A DNA stretch of 64,000 nt. Origin: Squalus acanthias (Eukaryota). The notes beneath the pieces were generated by a model, which was not told the origin of the DNA, searched no databases, and saw only the letters and a list, made by a program, of their open reading frames with translations. The stretch covers positions 3,038,001-3,102,000 of the forward strand of contig JASTWF010000035.1 in assembly GCA_030390025.1 (NCBI GenBank), read 5' to 3'. The position numbers and the translations under genes are program-made. Positions 34,171 through 47,609 of the stretch are shown here, one piece after another; within the stretch, counting starts at the first letter, position 1; each line of letters begins with the position of its first letter.

Positions 34171-35747
34171 ATAGAGTTATACAGCACAGAAAGAGGCCCT
34201 TCGGCCCATCGTGTCTGCGCCGGCCATCAAGCCCTATCTATTCTAATCCCATTTTCCAGCACTTGATCCATAGCCTTGTATGCTATGGCGTTTCAAGTGC
34301 TCATCTAAATGCTTCTTGAATGTTGTGAGGGTTCCTGCCTCTACCACCCTTTCAGGCAGTGAGTTCCAGATTCCAACCACCCTCTGGGTGAAAAAGTTTT
34401 TCCTCAAATCCCCTCTAAACCTCCTGCCCCTTACCTTGAAACTATGCCCCCTGGTTATTGACCCCTCTACTAAGGGGAAAAGTTCCTTTCTATCTACCAT
34501 ATCTATGCCCCTCATAATTTTGTACACCTCAATCAGGTCCCCCCTCAGCCTTCTCTGCTCTAAGGAAAACAACCCCAGCCTGTCCAGTCTCTCTTCATAG
34601 CTGAAATGCTCCAGCCCAGGTAACATCCTGGTGAATCTCCTCTGCACCCACTCCAATGCAATCACATCCTTCCTATAGTGTGGCGACCAGAACTGCACAC
34701 AGTATTCCAGCTGTGGCCTAACTAGCGTTTTGTACAGCTCCATCATAACCTCCCTGCTCTTGTATTCTATGCCTCGGCTAATGAAGGCAAGTATCCCATA
34801 TGCCTTCTTAACCACCTTCTCTACCTGTCCTGCTGCCTTCAGGGATCTATGTACATGCACACCAAGGTCCCTCTGATCCTCTGTCCTTCCTAGGATCCTA
34901 CCATTCATTGTGTATGCCCTTGCCTTGTTAGTCCTCCTAAAATGCATCACCTCACACTTTTCAGGGTTAAATTCCATTTGCCACTGTTCTGCCCATCTGA
35001 CTAACCCGTCTATATCGTCCTGTAGCCTGAGGCTTCCCTCCTCGCTATTTACCACTCCACCAATTTTCATGTCATCTGCGAACTTACTGATCATACTTCC
35101 TACATTCATATCTAAATCATTAATGTACACTACAAACAGCAAGGGACCCAGCACTGATCCCTGCGGTACACCACTGGAAACAGGCTTCCAGTCACAAAAG
35201 GAACCTTCGACCATCACCCTCTGCCTCCTGCCACTAAGCCAATTTTGGATCCAATGTGCCAAATTGCCCTGGATCCCATGGGCTCTTACCTTCTTGACCA
35301 GTCTCCCATGCGGGACTTTGTCAAAAGCCTTACTGAAGTCCATGTAGACCACATCAACTGCACTACCCTCTTCCACACACCTAGTCACCCCCTCTCAAAA
35401 TTCAATCAAATTGGTTAGACATGATCTCCTCCTGACAAAGCCATGCTGACTATCCTTGATTAATCCTTGCCTCTCCAAGTGGAGACTAATTCTGTCCCTC
35501 AGAAATTTTTCGAATAATTTCCCTACCACTGATGTTGGGCTCACTGGCCTGTAATTCCCTGGTTTATCCCTACTACCCTTCTTGAATGATGGTACTACGT
35601 TAGCTGTCCTCCAGTCATCTGGCACCTCCAGTCCTCCGGCACCACACCTGAAGCCAGAGAGGATTGAAAAATTATGGTCAGGGCCTCTGCTATTTCCTCT
35701 CTTGCTTCGCTTAACAGCCTGGGATACATTTCATCCGTGCCTGGGGA
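34171..35747 (-). mobile_element. 5'-truncated CR1 LINE, same subfamily as 23617-25037
   Basis: ORFs 34243-35388 and 35395-35625, separated by an in-frame TGA. Confidence 0.95.
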
Positions 35748-37328
35748 TGTGCCGGGGGCGGGCAGCCAACCCGCTTCCAGGGGGCGCCACCTTAATTAAA
35801 ATATTGTAATGAGGCTGGAAGACTCTTTTTCCTCCATTTTGAATTTAACTGCCTGTGGAATTCGCTGCGTAAAATTCGTCGCACAATTCGTGAAACCCGG
35901 CAGTTAAACCGAGGCGGTGACTGCTGCATCCAGGAGGTAAGTGGCTTTATACCCACCTCCTGGATCCAGGGTCTCTGTCTAGCCCAGCCCCCGCGATCAG
36001 AGACCCCCTCACGAGGCCTCCGATCCTCCCCATGGGTCCTTCCCCCCCATCACCCCACCAATGATGCTGAGGCCGGCCACGACCCTCTCTTCCCCCTCCA
36101 GCCAATCCCCAGCCAGTCCCCGATCCCCGGCCGACCAACACCCGCCTCCCCCACCCGATGACAACTGACCCCTCGCATCTGCAGGCCTACCCGCCTACAA
36201 CCAGCCAGTCTCTCAATCTGGCTGGCTGCGGGCGGGAATCTGAGGCCTCACATGCAAATCAGGCCCTGCCGTTAAAGTCGGCCTCCCGGGTTTCCCGCCC
36301 ACCTTGGAGGCCCCGCCCCCCAGCCATGATCTTATTGAATAGCGGAGCAGGCTCGAGGGGCCAAATGGCCTACTCCTGTTCCTATTGGTGGAGCAGTGGA
36401 TGAGGTGGAGGGCTGTTGTAGGCTGCAAAGAGACATTGATAGGATGCAGAGCTGGGCCGAAAAATGGCAGATGGAATTTAACCCTGATAAGTGCGAGGTG
36501 ATTCATTTTGGTAGGGCAAATTTGAATAAGGATTACAGGGTCAACGGCAGGGTTCTGAGGAACGTGGAGGAGCAGGGGGATCTGGGGGTTCATATCCACA
36601 GATCTCTGAAGGTTGCCACTCAAGTGGATAGAGCAGTAAAGAAGGCCTATGGTGTGTTGGCGTTTATTAACAGAGGGTTTGAGTTTAAGAACCGTGAGGT
36701 TATGCTGCAACTGTACAGGACCTTGGTGAGACCACATTTGGAATATTGTGTGCAGTTCTGGTCACCTCACTATAGGAAGGACGTGGAAGCATTGGAAAGA
36801 GTGCAAAGGAGATTTACCAGGATGCTGCCTGGTTTGGGGGGGAGGTCTTATGAGGAAAGATTGAGGGAGTTGGGGCTTTTCTCTTTAGAGCGGAGGAGGA
36901 TGAGAGGCGACTTAATAGAGGTTTATAAGATGATGAGGGGGATAGATAGAGTGGATGTTCAGAGACTATTTCCTCGGGTAGAGGCAGCTGTTACAAGGGG
37001 GCATAACTATAAGGTGCATGGGGGGAGATATAGAAGGGATGTCCGAGGTAGATTCTTTACTCAGAGAGTGGTTGGGGTGTGGAATGGACTGCCTGCTGTG
37101 AGAGTGGAGTCGGACACTTTAGGAACTTTCAAGCGGTTATTGGATAAGCACATGGAGCACACCAGAGTGATAGGGAGTGTGATAGCTTGATCTTGGTCTC
37201 GGACAATGCTCGGCACAACATCGAGGGCCGAAGGGCCTGTACTGTGCTGTACTGTTCTATGTTTCTATGTATGTTTCTATGTTTTTATTTCTTATGTTCT
37301 AACTGCCTCCCTGGAGAAAATTCCGGCC
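35748..37328. mobile_element. Truncated Harbinger-type MITE (right end aaaattccggcc) carrying nested CR1 pieces
   Basis: GC-rich arms with ggcggg motifs; left TIR not seen. Confidence 0.5.
36385..37283 (+). mobile_element. 5'-truncated CR1 LINE (distinct subfamily)
   Basis: ORF 36396-37190; tail tctatgtttctatg. Confidence 0.92.
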
Positions 37329-38072
37329 TATGCCTCTATTAATGAAACCAATGATCCCGTACGCCTTTTTTAAATAGCCTTCTCAATTTATCCAGCCACC
37401 TTCAACAATTTTTGTATGTACACCCCCAGGTCTCTCTGTTCCTGCACCCCCTTTAAAATTGTACCCTTTAGTTTATATTGCTTCTCCTCATTCTTCCTAC
37501 CAAAATGTATCACTTCACACTTCTCTGCATTAAACTTCCATCTGCCATGTGTCTGCCCATTTGACCAATCTATGGAAGATTGTGGCCAGAGTCTCCACAA
37601 TTTCAACCCTTACTTCCCTCAGCAACCTAGGATGCATCCCATCTGGACCGGGTGACTTTTCTACTTTGAGCACTGCCAACCATTAAAGTGCCTCCCCTTT
37701 ATCTATTTTTATCCTATTCAATATCGCTACTGCCTCCTCCTTTACTGCTACACTGGCAGAATCCTCTTCTCTACTGAAGACAGATACTCATTTAGTGCTT
37801 CAGCCATCCCCTCGACCTCCACAAAAACATTGCCTTTTTGGTCCCCAATCGGCATCACCCTTCTTTGACTACCCTTTTACTATTTATATGTTTATAAAAG
37901 ATTTTTGGGTTCCTTTTATGTTACCCGCTAAACTATTCTCATTCTCCCTCTTTGCCCCTCGTATTCCTTTTTTTGGTCTCCTCTGTACTTTCTGTATTCA
38001 GCTCGGTTCTCGACTGTATTATGAACCGAACATTTATCATAAGCCTCCTTTTTCCATTTCATTTTAATCTCT

Positions 38073-38738
38073 TAGCGCCCCGAAAAAATTAGCGCCCCCG
38101 CAGCCGAAATTAATTGGTAGCGCCCCAAGAGGGAAGCGGGGTGCTACTGGAAGCGCCCCGCTCCCTCTTGGGATGCTGCGAGGGAATATCGCAGTGCTGG
38201 CGCTGCGGCACGTCGCGCCGCGGTACTGCAGGCCTTCCTCCCCTTCTTAAAGGGGAGGGGCCTTGCGCAGCGCGATCCGGGGCCCAGCTGGCCACCAGGG
38301 ATTGGAGTGCCGGCAAAAGACCCCGGCACTCAAGGAGTGCCGGGCTCACAGAGCGCAGCCGGCACTCCACGGGGGGGTGCTCAGGAGGCCGGAGATGGCA
38401 ACGGGGACAGGTGTTGGCAGGCGGCTCGCAACAAAAATAGCCGCCTGGCACCTCGCCTTTATTTAGCGCCGCTCCGGCCGCAGGTAGGGCCCCCTGACCC
38501 CGTCGGACATAGCGTCCGGTGGTAAGTCAGGGGGCGCTACCGAAGATCACGGCCTGGGCGCTGCACACGGCGATGATGACATCGCCGGCAGCGCAGCATC
38601 GCGGGGCGCTAACGGTTACTGCCGCCACTGCTAACCTGCTGAATTTCGCGGGAGGCGTTGGCGGTGCTGCGCCCGTGCGCTAGTTGCTTTGCGCCCCGTT
38701 AGCGCCCTGGAGGCACATAGCAACCGAATTTCTCCCCC
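38073..38738. mobile_element. Truncated Harbinger-type MITE related to 33276-34170, within old - strand CR1 remnants
   Basis: Right end gaatttctccccc; tagcgcc motifs. Confidence 0.65.
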
Positions 38739-38789
38739 TTTTTCTTTAGTAACCCTGGGAGCTCTAGCTTTGGATGTCCTTCCTTTCCT

Positions 38790-41100
38790 TCAATAATCTT
38801 GTGGTAAAGGGGCCTTTAGGGACAAGTGACCATAATATGATTGAATTTTACATTAAGTTTGAGAGTGATGTAGTCCAATCTGAAACTAAGGTCTTCAATC
38901 TAAACAGAGGAAACTACAAGGGTATGAGGGACAAGTTGGCCATGGTAGATTGGGAGACTACATTAAAAGGTATGAAGGTGGACATACAATGGCTAACATT
39001 CAAGGAAATAATGCATAATTTGCAACAAACATATATTCCTCTAGGGCATAAAAACCCAAAAGGAAAAGTGATCCAACCATGGCTAACAAAAGAAATTAAA
39101 GCTAGTATTAAGTCAAAGGAGGAAGCTTATAAAGTTGCCAGAAAAAGCGGTCAGCCTGAAGATTGGGATCTTTTTAGAAATCAGCGAAGGGAGACCAAGA
39201 AATTGATCAAGAAAGGGAAAATGGAATATGAGCACAAACTAGTGAAAAATATAAAAACGGATTGTAAAAGCTTCCATAGGTATGTAAAAGGAAAAGACTG
39301 GCGAAGGTAAATGTAGGTCCTTTACAGTCAGAGACGGGAGAATTTATAATGAGGAAATGGCAAAGAAATTAAATAAATACTTTGTTTCTGTCTTCACGGA
39401 GGAAGACACAAAAAACCTCCCAGAAATACGAGAAAACCAAGAGTGTGACGAGAATGAGGAACTTAAAGAAATTATTATTAGTAAAAAAACAGTACTAGCA
39501 AAATTAATGGGACTAAAATTCGACAAATTCCAAGGACCGTATGACCTACATCCTAGGGTTTTGAAAGAGGTGGCCATTGGAATAGTGGACGCATTGGTTG
39601 TCACCTTCCAAAATTCTATAGATTCTGGAACGGTTCCTGCAGATTGGAGGATAGCAAATGTAACCCCGCTATTTAAGAAAGGAGGGAGAGATAAAACGGG
39701 GAACTACAGACCTGTTAGCCTCACATCAGTAGTTGGGAAAATGCTGGAATCTAGTATAAAGGATGCAATAACTGGGCACTTAGAAATTAATAGTAAGATT
39801 GGGCAGAGTCAACATGGATTTATGAAAGGGAAATCCTGTTTAACAAAGCTATTGGAGTTCTTTGAGGATGTAACTAGTGGAGTAGACAAAGGGGAACCGG
39901 TAGATGTGGTGTATCTGGATTTTCAGAAGGCCTTCGATAAGGTCCCACACAAGAGGTTGGTGAACAAAATTAGGGCACATGGAATTGGGGGTAATATACT
40001 AGCATGGATTGAGAATTGGTTAACAGACAGAAAACAAAGAGTAGGGATAAACGGGTATTTTTCAAGATGGCAGGCTGTGACTACTGGGGTACCGCAAGGA
40101 TCGGTGCTTGGGCCCCAGCTATTCACAATCTATATCAATGATTTGGATGAGGGGACTAAATGTAACATTTCCAAATTTGCTGATGATACAAAGCTAGGTG
40201 GCAGTGTCAGTTGTGAAGAGGATGTGAAGAGGCTTCAAGGGGATCTCGACAGGCTCAGTGAGTGGGCGAGAACATGGCAGATGGAATATAATGTGGATAA
40301 ATGTGAAGTTACCCACTTTGGTAGAAAAAACAGAAAGGCAGAGTATTTCCTAAATGGTGAAAGATTGGGGAATGCAGATGCTCAAAGGGTCCTGGGTGTC
40401 CTTGTACATGCGTCACTGAAAGTGAATGTGCAGGTGCAGCAAGCCATTAGGAAGGCAAATGGTATGCTGGCCTTCATTACAAGAGGATTTGTGTACAGGA
40501 GTAAAGAAGTCTTACTCCAATTATATAGGGCCTTGGTGAGACCACACCTGGAGTACTATGTACAATTTTGGTCTCCTTACCTAAGGAAGGATATACTTGC
40601 CATAGAGGGAGTGCAACGAAGGTTCACGAGATTGATTCCTGGGATGGCGGGACTGTCATATGAGAAAAGTTTGAGTAAACTAGGCCTCTATACTCTTGAA
40701 TTCGGAAGAATGAGAGGGGATCTCATTGAAGCATACAAAGTTATTACAGGGCTTGATAGGATGGATGCTGGGAGAATGTTTCCCTTGGCTGGGGAGTCTA
40801 GAACCAGGGGCCACAGCCTCAGGATAAAGGGTAGGCCATTCAGGACTGAGATGAGAAGAAATTTCTTCACACAGAGGGTGGTGAATCTTTGGAATTCTCT
40901 ACCCCAGAGGGATGTGGAGGCTCAGTCATTGGGTATATTCAAAACAGAAGTCGACAGATTTCTGACTAGTAAAGGCATCAAGGGATATGGCGATAAGGCT
41001 GGTGAATGGAGTTGAGGCAGAAGATCAGCCATGATCTCATGGAATGGCGGAGCAGGCTCGAAGGGCCGAATGGCCGACTCCTGCTCCTATTTCTTATGTT
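38790..41100 (+). mobile_element. 5'-truncated CR1 LINE, same subfamily as 6235-7483
   Basis: ORFs 38774-39310 and 39357-41015. Confidence 0.95.
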
Positions 41101-41214
41101 TTCCCCCTCGTGTCTACTCTACCTGAACTCTCCTCTTTGAAGGTCTCCCGTTACTGGTCTGTATCCACAGACAGAAGCTAATAATCCTCTCTTACACTCT
41201 GACTCTAGTTTCAG

Positions 41215-41328
41215 GAGAGGATGTGACCGTGCCGATCAGAAGCGACTCGACCCCGATTGGGGACCCTGCAGTTACTGAGGAACATCACGAGACTGAGGGT
41301 CAAACAGTGGAGGGGGAAATCACCACAG
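41215..41328 (+). CDS. Probable exon H copy 1 (GEDVTVPIRSDSTPIGDPAVTEEHHETEGQTVEGEITT)
   Basis: ctaat branch-like site, pyrimidine tract, tttcag| ... ACAG|gtacaa; 114 nt, phase 1-1, open in the frame left by exon G; non-TE acidic sequence. Confidence 0.6.
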
Positions 41329-41394
41329 GTACAAAGTACACTGGGGTCCGGGTTATGTTCCTGGTTTGTAACGGAAGGACAGGCAAACGGAACT

Positions 41395-44300
41395 AACTTA
41401 CATTTCTACAGCGCCTTTCACAACCTTGGGGTGTCTTTGCAGCCAATTAAGTGCTTTTGAAGTGTAACCACTGTTGTAATGTAGGAAACGAGGCAGCCAA
41501 TTTAAACACAGCAAGCTCCCACAAACAGCCATGTTATAATTAGTAATCTTGTTGTACGGGGACCCTTGGGTCAGAGCGATCATAACATGATCGATTTCTC
41601 ACTCGAAGTGGAGAGCGAAGAAATTGACTCAGATACTAAGGTCCTGAATTTAAACAAGGGGAATTATGATGCCATTAGACGGGAACTGAGTAGGTCTGAT
41701 TGGACAACGTTCCTGGGAGGACTGGAGGTAGATAAACAATGGCAAGCATTTAAAGATAGAATGACAAAATTGCAAAAATTGTTTATACCAATCTGGCATA
41801 AAAGGAAATCTAAAAAGGTGACTCAACCGTGGATAACAGGGGAAATTAGAGACAGCATAAAATCCAAAGATAGGGCGTATAAAATAGCCAAAAAAAGCGC
41901 CAGAGCGGAAGATTGGGAACAGTTTAAGATAGAGCAAAGGAAGACAAAGGGCTTAATCAAGAGGGGCAAAATAGCTTACGAAAGCAAGCTGGCGGAAAAT
42001 ATAAAAACTAACTCCAAAAGCTTTTATAAGTATATCAAGAGGAAAAGACTGGTGAAAACCAAAGTTGGCCCATTGCAGTCAGATACGGGGGAATATATAA
42101 CGGGAAATAAGGAAATGGCAGACCAACTAAATGCATACTTTGGGTCAGTCTTTACGAAGGAAGACACAAAAAACCTCCCTGGGATATCGGGAAAAATAGG
42201 GACATTTGCAAAGGAGGAACTGACGCAAATCAATATCTCTAAGGATATGGTGTTAAGGAAGCTAAAGGGATTGAAGGCGGACAAATCCCCAGGGCCTGAT
42301 AACATGCATCCGAGGGTGCTGAAGGAGGTGGCCCTAGAGATAGCGGATGCACTAAGTATGATTTTTCAGAATTCATTAGACTCGGGAACAGTGCCCATGG
42401 ATTGGAGGGTAGCTAACGTTACCCCACTATTCAAAAAGGGGGGTAGGGAAAAAGCAGGTAATTACAGACCTGTAAGCCTTACATCAGTTGTGGGCAAAAT
42501 GCTGGAGTCCATCATTAAGGATGAAATAGCGGAGCACTTAGCAAATGGGGACAGGATAGGACAGAGTCAACATGGATTTACAAAGGGTAAATCGTGCTTG
42601 ACTAATCTATTGGAATTTTTTGAGGGAGTAACTGGTAAAATAGATGGGGGAGAGCCAGTAGATGTGGTGTACCTGGACTTCCAAAAGGCCTTCGATAAGG
42701 TCCCACATAAAAGATTAGCAGGGAAAATTGAAGCTCATGGGATAAAGGGGAAAGTATTGACGTGGATAGAGAACTGGCTGTCAGATAGAAAACAGAGAGT
42801 TGGAATAAACGGCTCATTTTCTGAATGGCAGGCAGTAACAAGTGGGGTACCACAGGGATCTGTCCTGGGTCCCCAGCTGTTCACAATTTACATTAATGAC
42901 CTGGATCAGGGAGTCGGATGCAGCATTTCCAAATTTGCAGACGACACTAAACTAGGAGGGGGGGTGGGCTCAGAGGAGGAGACCAGGAAGCTCCAGAGCG
43001 ATTTGGACAGACTGGGTGATTGGGCGGATAAATGGCAGATGCACTATAATGTGGACAAGTGCGAAGTTATCCACCTTGGGTGCAGGAACGGGAGGGCAAA
43101 TTATTATTTAAATGGCAATAAATTGGGAGAGGGGGAAGTACAGAGAGACCTGGGTGTTCTTGTACAGCAGTCACTGAAGGCGAGCATGCAGGTGCAACAG
43201 GCGGTCAAGAAGGCAAACGGTATGCTGGCCTTCATAGCAAAAGGGTTGGAATACAGGAACAGGGATACCTTGCTGCAGCTGTACAGGGCACTGGTGAGAC
43301 CACACCTCGAGTACTGTGTACAGTTTTGGTCGCCTCATCTGAGGAAAGATGTTCTTGCCATGGAGGGGGTGCAGCAGGCGATTCACCAGGCTGATACCAG
43401 GAATGGCGGGATTGACCTATGAGGAGAGACTATGTAGTTTAGGGATGTACACACTGGAGTTTAGAAGATTGAGAGGGGACCTCATAGAAGTGTATAAAAT
43501 TCTGACAGGTCTAGACAGACTAGATGCAGAAGGAATGTTTCCCTTGGCGGGTGAGAACAGAACTAGAGGACATAATTTAAGGATAAGGGCTAAACCATTT
43601 AGGACAGAAATGAGGGGGAATTTCTTCACTCAGAGGGTGGTGAACCTGTGGAACTCATTGCCACAGAGGGCAGTGTACGCCAGCTCATTAAATATATTTA
43701 AGAGGGAATTAGATATATTTCTACAGGCAAAAGGGGTTAAGGGTTACGGAGAGAAGGCGGGGACGGGATACTGAATTGGAGGATCAGCCATGATCTCATT
43801 AAATGGCGGAGCAGGCTCGAAGGGCCGGATGGCCTACTCCTGCTCCTATCTTCTATGTATCTATGTATAATGACCAGATAATCTGTTTTAGTGATGTTGG
43901 TTGAGGGATAAATGTTGACCAGGACACCGGGGAGAACTCCCACGCTCTTCAAATAGTTCCGTGCAATCATTTACGTCCACCTGAGAGAGCAGACGGGGCC
44001 TCACTAACGTTTCATCGGAAAGACAACATCTTCGACAGTGCGGCGCTCCCTCAGTGCTGCCCCTCCGACAGTGCAGCGCTCCCTCAGTACTGCCCCTCTG
44101 ACAGTGCAGCGCTCCCTCTGTACTGCCCCTCTGACAGTGCAGCGCTCCCTCAGTACTGTCCCTCCGACATTGCGGCACTCCCTCAGTACTGCCCCTCTGA
44201 CAGTGCAGCGCTCCCTCAGTACCGCCCCTCTGACAGTGCGGCGCTCCCTCAGTACTGCCCCTCTGACAGTGCGGCACTCCCTCAGTACTGCCCGTCCGAC

Positions 44301-44501
44301 AGTGCAGCACTCCCTCGGTACTGCTCCTCCGACTGTGCGGTGCTACCTCAGTACTGCCCCTCTGACAGTGCGGCGCTCCCTCAGTACTGGTACTGGGAGT
44401 GTCAGCCTGGATATTGTGGTCAAGTCTCTGGAGTTGGACTTGAACTCACGACCCTGTGAATCAGAGGAGAAATTGGTGCCAATTCAGCCACGGCTGTCAC
44501 C
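41395..44501 (-). mobile_element. Deu-domain tRNA SINE (SacSINE1-like) with 33-bp expansion; related copies at 44683-46330, 47676-48550 and 49895-50500
   Basis: tRNA-like head at ~44430-44501 (B box gagttcaagtcc on -), Deu-like core, L2-like tail gaaaggcgctgtagaaatgtaag. Confidence 0.8.
41541..43865 (+). mobile_element. Young CR1 LINE with TSD tataat, inserted in a SINE
   Basis: ORF 41566-43422 with one frameshift to 43349-43774; empty site catgttataatgacc in the duplicated copies. Confidence 0.95.
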
Positions 44502-47495
44502 TTGAATTATAAATATCTTGTAATCTAAGAGTTGGTGCCAGAAAAATTACTCAACAGGTCACTGATGACCATCAGGGAAGGGAACCTGCCACCGCTCCCT
44601 AATCTGACCTGCCCATGACTCCAATTGACTCACTGCTCTCTGAAGTGTATCATAGAAAGATGCAGCACAGAAGGAGGCCATTCGACCAGGACACCGGGGA
44701 GAACTCCCCTGCACTTCTTCAAATAGTGCCGTGTGATCATTTACGTCCAGCAGAGAGAGCAGACGGGGCCTCACTGTAACGTTTCAGCGGAAAGACAACA
44801 TCTCCGACTGTACAGTGCTCCCTCAGTACTGCCCCTCCGACAGTGCAGCGCTCGCTCAGTACTGCCCCTCCGACAGTGCAGTGCTCCCACAGTACTGACC
44901 CTCCGACAGTGCAGCTCACCCTCAGTACTGACCCTCCGACAGGGCAGCACTCCCTCAATATGGCCGCTCCGACAGTGCGGCGCTCCCTCAGTACTGCCCC
45001 TCCGACGGTGCAGCATTCCCTCAGTACTGCCCCTCCGATAGGGCAGCACTCCCTCAATATTGCCCTTCCGACAGTGCAGCGCTCCCTCAGTACTGACCCT
45101 CCGACAGTGCAGCGCTCCCTCAGTACTGCCCCTCAGACAATGCAACCCTCCCTCAGTACTGCCCCTCCGACAGGGCAGCGCTCCCTCAGTACTGCCCCTC
45201 CGACAGTGCAGTGCTCCCTCAGTACTGCCCCTCCAACAATGCAACCCTCCCTCAGTATTGCCCCTCCGAGTGTGTGGCGCTCTCTCAGCACTGACCCTCT
45301 GACAGGGCAGCGCTCCCTCAGTACTGCCCCTCCGACAGTGCAGCGCTCCCTCAGTACTGCCCTTCCGACAATGCAGTGCTCCCTCAGTACAGCCCCTCCG
45401 ACAGTGCTGTGCTCCCTCAGTACTGCCCCTCCGACAGTGCAGCGCTCCCTCAGTACTGACCCTCAAGACAGTGCAGCTCTCCCTCAGTACTGACCCTCCG
45501 ACAGTGCAGTGCTCCCTCAGTACTGCCCCTCCGATAGTGCAGTGCTCTCTCAGTACCGACCCTCCGACGGTGCAGCGCTCCCTCAGTTCTGCCCATCCGA
45601 CAATGCAACCCTCCCTCAGTACAGCCCCTCCAGCAGGGCAGCACTCCCTCAGTACTGACTCCCCGACAGTGCAACGCTCCCTCAGTACTGCCCCTCCGAC
45701 AGTGCAGCGTTCCCTCAGGACTTTCCCTCCGACAGGGTAGCACTCCCTCAGTACTGCCGTTCCGACAGTGCAGCACTCCCTCAGTACTGCCCATCCAATA
45801 GTGCAGTGCTACCTCAGTACTGCCCCTCCGACAGCGCAGCACTCACTCAGTACTGCCCCTCCGACAGTGCAGCACTCCCTCAGTACTGCCCCTCCAATAG
45901 TGCAGTGCTACCTCAGTACTGCCCCTCCGACAGCTCAGCACTCACTCAGTACTGTCCCTCCGACAGTGCAGCACTCCCTCAGCACTGCTCCTCCGACAGT
46001 GCGGCGCTCCCTCAATACTGCCCCTCTGACGGTGCAGCTCTCCCTCAGTACTGCTCCTCCGACAGTGCGGCGCTCCCTCAGTACTGCCGCTCCGACAGTG
46101 CGGTGCTCCATCAGTACTGACCCTCCGACAGTACGGCGCTCCCTCAGTACTGCTCCTCCGACAGTGCGGCGCTCCCTCAGTACTGCCCCTCCGACAGTGC
46201 AGCGCTCCCTCAGTACTGGTACTGGGAGTGTCAGCCTGAATTTTGGGGTCAAGTCTCTGGAGTTGGACTTGAACTCATGACCCTGTGAATCAGAGGAGAA
46301 ATTGGTGCCAATTCAGACACGGCTGTCACCTTGAATTATAAATATCTTGTAATCTAAGAGCTGGCACTCTCTGCTTTCTGCCCCTTAGACAATTCTTTCT
46401 CCACCTGAACCGGTCTGGGACCAGAGTCCTAGCGGAAAGGATAAATCGGGTGGTCAACAAGGACTTTAAACTGGTAAATGGGGGGGGGATCGCTGAGGTG
46501 GAAATTGTAGTTCAAATAATAGTTCAAAAACCAACGAAAGGGAAGAGAGTAGAGTAACAGTCAGAAATTGTGCTTTAGACTCTACAGTTAAAGGGAAAAC
46601 TAAAAGATGTAAAGTGATTAAACCAGGAGCGAGAAATAAGAAACATGAGAGTAAAACACTAGAGTGTAGACTGTGTGGCCCAAATAAGCGTTCTTTATAT
46701 AGCTTTATAAGCGTTCTTTAATGCACGGAGTATAAGGATTAAATGGAATTAACTGCAGGCGCAAATTCAACTTGGAGGGTCTGACATGAGTTACTGAGAC
46801 ACGGCTGTGAGGCGGTCAGGACTATGAACTCAATATACCAGGTTATAAGGTCTACAGGAAAGACAGGGAAAATGGCAGAGGGGGAGGTGTAGCCTCAGTG
46901 ATTTAGGATGAAATCACTTCAATGATAAGAGAGGATATAATGAGAGGTAAGCAGCCATGCCCTCTGCCTCCACAAGAGATCTCCTTATGATCCCTAATTG
47001 GCCCGACCCTTCCTTTGACAATTTATATGTTTATAAAGGACTTTACTGTTCCTTTTCATGTTACTCGCTAATCTGTTACAAAAACTACTTGGATTTCTAG
47101 GCCATGCAAAGACCATGTCCTGAAGGGCTTCACCAGATAGAAGCAAAATTAAAATTTGGGAAAAAAAACGTGCAGTAAAGCTTCTCCCTAATGCCACGCG
47201 TGTGTGAGAGAGCATGGGGTGACTGCAGCAGTTCAAGGACACCAAACAACAAGGCAATAAATGGACACTTATTAAGAATTAATTAAAAAAAAGGAAACTA
47301 GGCACCAATTGAACCCCTCCCAGGAGAGGGGAATACACAGTGTCCAATCAAACCCTGTCTCACTGCTGGGTAGCACAGGGTGACCCATTGGGCGCACTGG
47401 TCTGTTCATAAGTGCACAGCAAGAGTTCCAATCACTGGACTGTATCCACAGACAGAAGCTAATAATCCTCTCTTACACTCTGACTCTAGTTTCAG

Positions 47496-47609
47496 GAGAG
47501 GATGTGACCGTGCCGATCAGAAGCGACTCGACCCCGATTGGGGACCCTGCAGTTACTGAGGAACATCACGAGACTGAGGGTCAAACAGTGGAGGGGGAAA
47601 TCCCCACAG
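47496..47609 (+). CDS. Probable exon H copy 2
   Basis: Near-identical to 41215-41328 (ATC CCC ACA vs ATC ACC ACA); splice sites intact. Confidence 0.55.

Noticed and set aside
46388..46475. Possible exon after ccccttag
   Set aside because: Resembles a CR1 ORF1-end/ORF2-start remnant
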